DNA of 64,000 bases from an uncultured virus (IMG/VR IMGVR_UViG_3300043434_000674) (taxonomy: Duplodnaviria > Heunggongvirae > Uroviricota > Caudoviricetes): IMG/VR virus record IMGVR_UViG_3300043434_000674. One strand, given 5' to 3'. Below the pieces are notes generated by a model. It made no database searches and was not told the origin of the DNA. It was given only the letters and a program-made list of their open reading frames with translations. This document shows, one piece after another, positions 60,690 through 64,000 of the stretch; the stretch's first letter is position 1; each line of letters starts with the position of its first letter. Made by a program: the position numbers and the translations under genes.

Positions 60690-61313
60690 ATGGAATTAAA
60701 ATATATGGAAACAATCACAACAGTCGTAATAGCATTAATTACCGCAGTAGTAGGTCCGGCAACATTAGAGTGGGTTCGCGTTAAACTTAAAAAAGATGTA
60801 ATGCCAGACCCGATTCGTAATGAGTTAGAATCTGCTAAAATTATAGATGAAGATATTGAAGATATTAGAGAATATCTCAATGCAGATAGAATTTGGGTAT
60901 CAATGTTTCACAATGGTGGACATTTCTTACATTCAAACAAATCTATCCAAAAATTTTCAATAATGTATGAATCTACCAAAAATGGTGTTTCAAAAATAGC
61001 CCCAACATTTACCAATATACCCGTATCACTTTTCCTAAAATCAAATGAGGAAATTTTAAATTCCGGTCATATATTCATATCTAATTTTGAAGACCCAACT
61101 CAAGCAACATTTGGATTGAAAGAAGCAGCAGTTGCAAGTGGTGCTAAAGCAACATACGCAGTTGGTTTATTCGATATTAAAACTGAAATTTGCATTGGAA
61201 CATTGGGGATTGATTATCTAACATCAAAGAAACTAACAATAGAACAAAAATCATTTTTGATCGAACGTTGTAATCGTTTATCAGGATACATCTCAATATT
61301 CTTAAAAAGTTAA
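60690..61313 (+). CDS. N-terminal TM + GAF-like domain protein (possible T4 T-type holin)
   Basis: One TM, then LNADRIWVSMFHNGG...FSIMYE...IGTLGIDY. Confidence 0.5.
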   Translation: MELKYMETITTVVIALITAVVGPATLEWVRVKLKKDVMPDPIRNELESAKIIDEDIEDIREYLNADRIWVSMFHNGGHFLHSNKSIQKFSIMYESTKNGVSKIAPTFTNIPVSLFLKSNEEILNSGHIFISNFEDPTQATFGLKEAAVASGAKATYAVGLFDIKTEICIGTLGIDYLTSKKLTIEQKSFLIERCNRLSGYISIFLKS

Positions 61314-61330
61314 AAAAACAATATAATATA

Positions 61331-61418
61331 TAACCCATTGATTTTCAATGGGTTTTTTATTGCCCAAAAATAAGTGGTAAAATATTTGGAAAATCCATAA
61401 AATAGTTGTATATTAGCT
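61331..61418 (+). repeat. Stem-loop + promoter cassette, copy 2
   Basis: AACCCATTGA-ttt-TCAATGGGTT hairpin (61332-61354) with T tract, then the same conserved blocks as 3801-3888. Confidence 0.9.
61385..61417 (+). promoter_or_regulatory. Bacteroidota-type promoter (variant -7 TATATTAG)
   Basis: TTTGGAAAATCCATAAAATAGTTGTATATTAGC. Confidence 0.7.
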
Positions 61419-61435
61419 CTATAAGAATGAGAGAT

Positions 61436-61798
61436 ATGACCCAAAAAGAAATACAAAAATTAGTGTTTGAAGTCTATGAAAAAATTACCAAACATTATGG
61501 TGAATCCAATCATCAACACTCAATTCCATATGTAGTATTTGAAGATTCACCTTATGATGATGCGGATGATCCTGATTTAATCGGTGAGTATTGTTCAATG
61601 ATGAATGAAATTGTGGTGTATTGGAAGAATATACCATCTCCAGAGGTTTTAATCAGAACAATGGTTCACGAATACCAACACTACTTACAATCTCCCTCTT
61701 GGATGACTAGATATTATAAAATGGGATATGGATATAATAACCATCCATATGAGATTCAGGCATATAATGAAGAAGAAAATTGGGTAAAGTTTGTTTAA
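61436..61798 (+). CDS. Small HEXXH zinc metallopeptidase-like protein
   Basis: MVHEYQH...PYEIQA; ATG 61436 lies behind the promoter. Confidence 0.75.
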   Translation: MTQKEIQKLVFEVYEKITKHYGESNHQHSIPYVVFEDSPYDDADDPDLIGEYCSMMNEIVVYWKNIPSPEVLIRTMVHEYQHYLQSPSWMTRYYKMGYGYNNHPYEIQAYNEEENWVKFV

Positions 61799-61829
61799 TT
61801 TATATTTATAGTATAATAAAGGAATTAAT

Positions 61830-62390
61830 ATGAAATTACAAGATATTTTAAACGAAGTGAGTTTAACTCCAAAGGCAGCTAAGTTTTTAGATGCTATCCA
61901 AATTCACGATAGAGGTATTAAAGATTTAAAAAATATCACTGTCGATGCATCTCCACAAGGAAACTGGTCTGTCTATTACAAAGGTAAAAGATTAGGGACA
62001 GTAAATTCTCGTTTATTGGACGATGATACAATTCGAAAATATGGGTTAGAACATTACGAACATTCTTATTTTGGAAGAAATGAATCAGTAAATGAGGCAA
62101 CTCAAAAAATCGTAAAAGATGCTGATGCTAAAAGAGATTTTATGAAACATTTAGAAAAGAATAACAAATCTATTCAAAAAATGGCAGATTTTCATAAAGT
62201 ATCTACGGAAAGAATTGTCAAAGGTTTAGAAAAATTCATTAGAATACTACACTACGAATTACCAAATGGTAAACCATCGGTATTATCGATTAGTATAAAA
62301 ATGAAAGAACCAAAAAGTAAAGTTAGTATTTATGATGGATTTGCTTATACTGAAAGTGGTGAACAGCTTCCATATAACGGACCATTTTAA
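61830..62390 (+). CDS. Putative capsid-internal protein (two modules)
   Basis: MKLQDILNE leader; internal RNESVNEA at aa 83-90. Confidence 0.6.
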   Translation: MKLQDILNEVSLTPKAAKFLDAIQIHDRGIKDLKNITVDASPQGNWSVYYKGKRLGTVNSRLLDDDTIRKYGLEHYEHSYFGRNESVNEATQKIVKDADAKRDFMKHLEKNNKSIQKMADFHKVSTERIVKGLEKFIRILHYELPNGKPSVLSISIKMKEPKSKVSIYDGFAYTESGEQLPYNGPF

Positions 62391-62405
62391 TAAAAATTAA
62401 ATATC

Positions 62406-62732
62406 ATGATAACATTAAAGTCAATTATTGCTAACGCAAAAATAACACCAAGTATTAACGAGGTCAACGATACCTATTTTAACTCATTTACCGATGCAGT
62501 TTCTTACGCTAGAAAAGCAGCAGAAAAAAGAGGATTTGAAATCAACGAAGATGATTGGCAAACTCAAATTGCATTAGGTGGTAAGTATTCTCGTTCAAGA
62601 CCAAGTGCTGGTAAAACTAATACATTTAGTGTTGGGGTATTAAAAGGTGGGAAACCACAAAGAAAAAACCTTAACATTTCAGTATATGGAATGGAGAGTG
62701 GTAAATTTGAATTAACTTATTATATTAACTAA
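62406..62732 (+). CDS. Putative capsid-internal protein
   Basis: MITLKSII...PSINE leader; C-terminal G.FELTYYIN. Confidence 0.6.
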   Translation: MITLKSIIANAKITPSINEVNDTYFNSFTDAVSYARKAAEKRGFEINEDDWQTQIALGGKYSRSRPSAGKTNTFSVGVLKGGKPQRKNLNISVYGMESGKFELTYYIN

Positions 62733-62733
62733 T

Positions 62734-63081
62734 ATGAAATTAAAAGATATATTAAAAGAAAGTAATGGGTTTGAGTTTCCACATTGGTCAGGAAATGTAA
62801 AATTTACACCGATACCAAAAAATGGTAAAATTATTTTATTACCATCATCAATGAAAGATGTGGATGGAATTGATTCAATAAAACAAAAATTAAGTGGAAA
62901 TCTTGCTCAATATACCTTAGCTAAAAGAGGAATGGGTAAAGGTGGCGATGCTGATTTTTTGGAATTATTAAAACAACAATTAGAAAAAAAATTAAAATTA
63001 AAAGTCATCTTTGATAAGACATATAGTGGAGCAGGTTATGCTTTTGAGATTAATATGGATGATTTATTAAAGAGATTATAA
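62734..63081 (+). CDS. Putative capsid-internal protein
   Basis: MKLKDILKE leader. Confidence 0.6.
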   Translation: MKLKDILKESNGFEFPHWSGNVKFTPIPKNGKIILLPSSMKDVDGIDSIKQKLSGNLAQYTLAKRGMGKGGDADFLELLKQQLEKKLKLKVIFDKTYSGAGYAFEINMDDLLKRL

Positions 63082-63440
63082 TGATTAAATTGGTTGATAT
63101 ATTACAAGAAATAAGTCCTACCTACAATTGTGGTGAGGTGGGGTGGAACTGGCCATTTGCAGATGAAGAAACTATTGCTAAGGGTTGGGAAAAAAGTAGA
63201 TTATATCACATATTCAATGATTCATTAAAAGATTGGGAAGAAATTACATTTCACAAAATGGGAACTATTATGCATCAACATGATATTGACCACAACAATG
63301 CAGAATTGGCAGGTAAACCACAATCACATGATTCGATACATCATGGTGGATACGAATTTGTTAAAAATCTATATGATAAAAAAGAAGTAGACCAATATAT
63401 CGATACAACACCCCATCCAGATCCTGAAAGGAAATATTAA
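63081..63440 (+). CDS. Putative capsid-internal protein
   Basis: MIKLVDILQE leader; His-rich. Confidence 0.6.
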   Translation: MIKLVDILQEISPTYNCGEVGWNWPFADEETIAKGWEKSRLYHIFNDSLKDWEEITFHKMGTIMHQHDIDHNNAELAGKPQSHDSIHHGGYEFVKNLYDKKEVDQYIDTTPHPDPERKY

Positions 63441-63445
63441 TTAAA

Positions 63446-64000
63446 ATGGAAGTAAGAGGATACGTTCACCCATATAAGAATTTTGCAACTATTGCGGAGT
63501 GGGAGAGTATTGCCAAACAATTCATTGCATTAGAACAACAAGGATTTGATACAAGAGGTGGAATGATTGATAATAATCCCCAATTAGTTTCATTAGTAAA
63601 TCAATGGTTTGGATTTCAATTGTATGTAGAAACTCAGCGATACCCACAACTTAAACAAAAAATGGTTTTAGATTTCATTGAAGATTTTGTAAATCATAGA
63701 GTTTGGGGATTAAAAGATGAATTTAAAGATTATATCGTTAATATAAACAATGATAAGTTTGCATTCTTTTATAGTAGGGGTGCAATTGAACCATATATCC
63801 TCCTAGATAAGAGTTTTACTGAAGATGTCTATGGAACTACCAATGAGATAGTTAAAACCCTACATTGGACAAATAAAGAGGGTTTAGCAAATATCATAGA
63901 TGGTATTCAGAATAAATCACAATTTTCAATTTCAACCTTCACAACTCAGGCTAAAGAATTCTTCAGACCAGATAGTAATATCTTAGTAAGAATAAAAGGT
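63446..64000 (+). CDS. Hypothetical protein, truncated at the window end
   Basis: Open from ATG 63446 for 185 codons to the edge: MEVRGYVHPY...LHWTNKEGLANII... Confidence 0.7.
   Translation, partial: MEVRGYVHPYKNFATIAEWESIAKQFIALEQQGFDTRGGMIDNNPQLVSLVNQWFGFQLYVETQRYPQLKQKMVLDFIEDFVNHRVWGLKDEFKDYIVNINNDKFAFFYSRGAIEPYILLDKSFTEDVYGTTNEIVKTLHWTNKEGLANIIDGIQNKSQFSISTFTTQAKEFFRPDSNILVRIKG

Overview
An AT-rich 64-kb segment of a large, T4-like lytic dsDNA phage. Every credible gene is on the + strand and the code is standard. The host is very probably a Bacteroidota: 15 intergenic sites match the TTTG-N20-TAnnTTTG primary-sigma promoter at fixed spacing. In order, the window holds a structural/fibre-like gene, small early ORFs, and a T4-type replisome (gp32-like SSB, RecA/UvsX, 5'-3' exonuclease, DnaB helicase, family B polymerase, sliding clamp, clamp loader). 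Interspersed are nucleotide-metabolism genes (NrdB/NrdA, thioredoxin, MazG, Nmad1, GMP reductase/IMPDH), GroEL and GroES, and an Hc1 histone-like protein. It carries many candidate DNA-modification genes: three SPPY methyltransferase-like paralogs, an ABC-ATPase/GNAT fusion, and a three-gene unit (atypical cytosine-type thymidylate-synthase homolog, AsnB-like amidotransferase, PLP enzyme) followed by a DUF262-HNH nuclease. Next come a seven-gene glycosyltransferase cluster and a secreted/outer-membrane module (cohesin/dockerin/lectin proteins, lipoproteins, CsgG-like protein, beta-barrel) wrapped around the GH19 endolysin. The window ends with putative capsid-internal proteins punctuated by an ESVNE motif. 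The best candidates for undescribed systems are the TS-AsnB-PLP base-modification unit (possibly clamp-coupled), the cohesin-dockerin/CsgG envelope module and the ESVNE polyprotein cassettes. All product calls come from motif recognition by eye; no database search was run.
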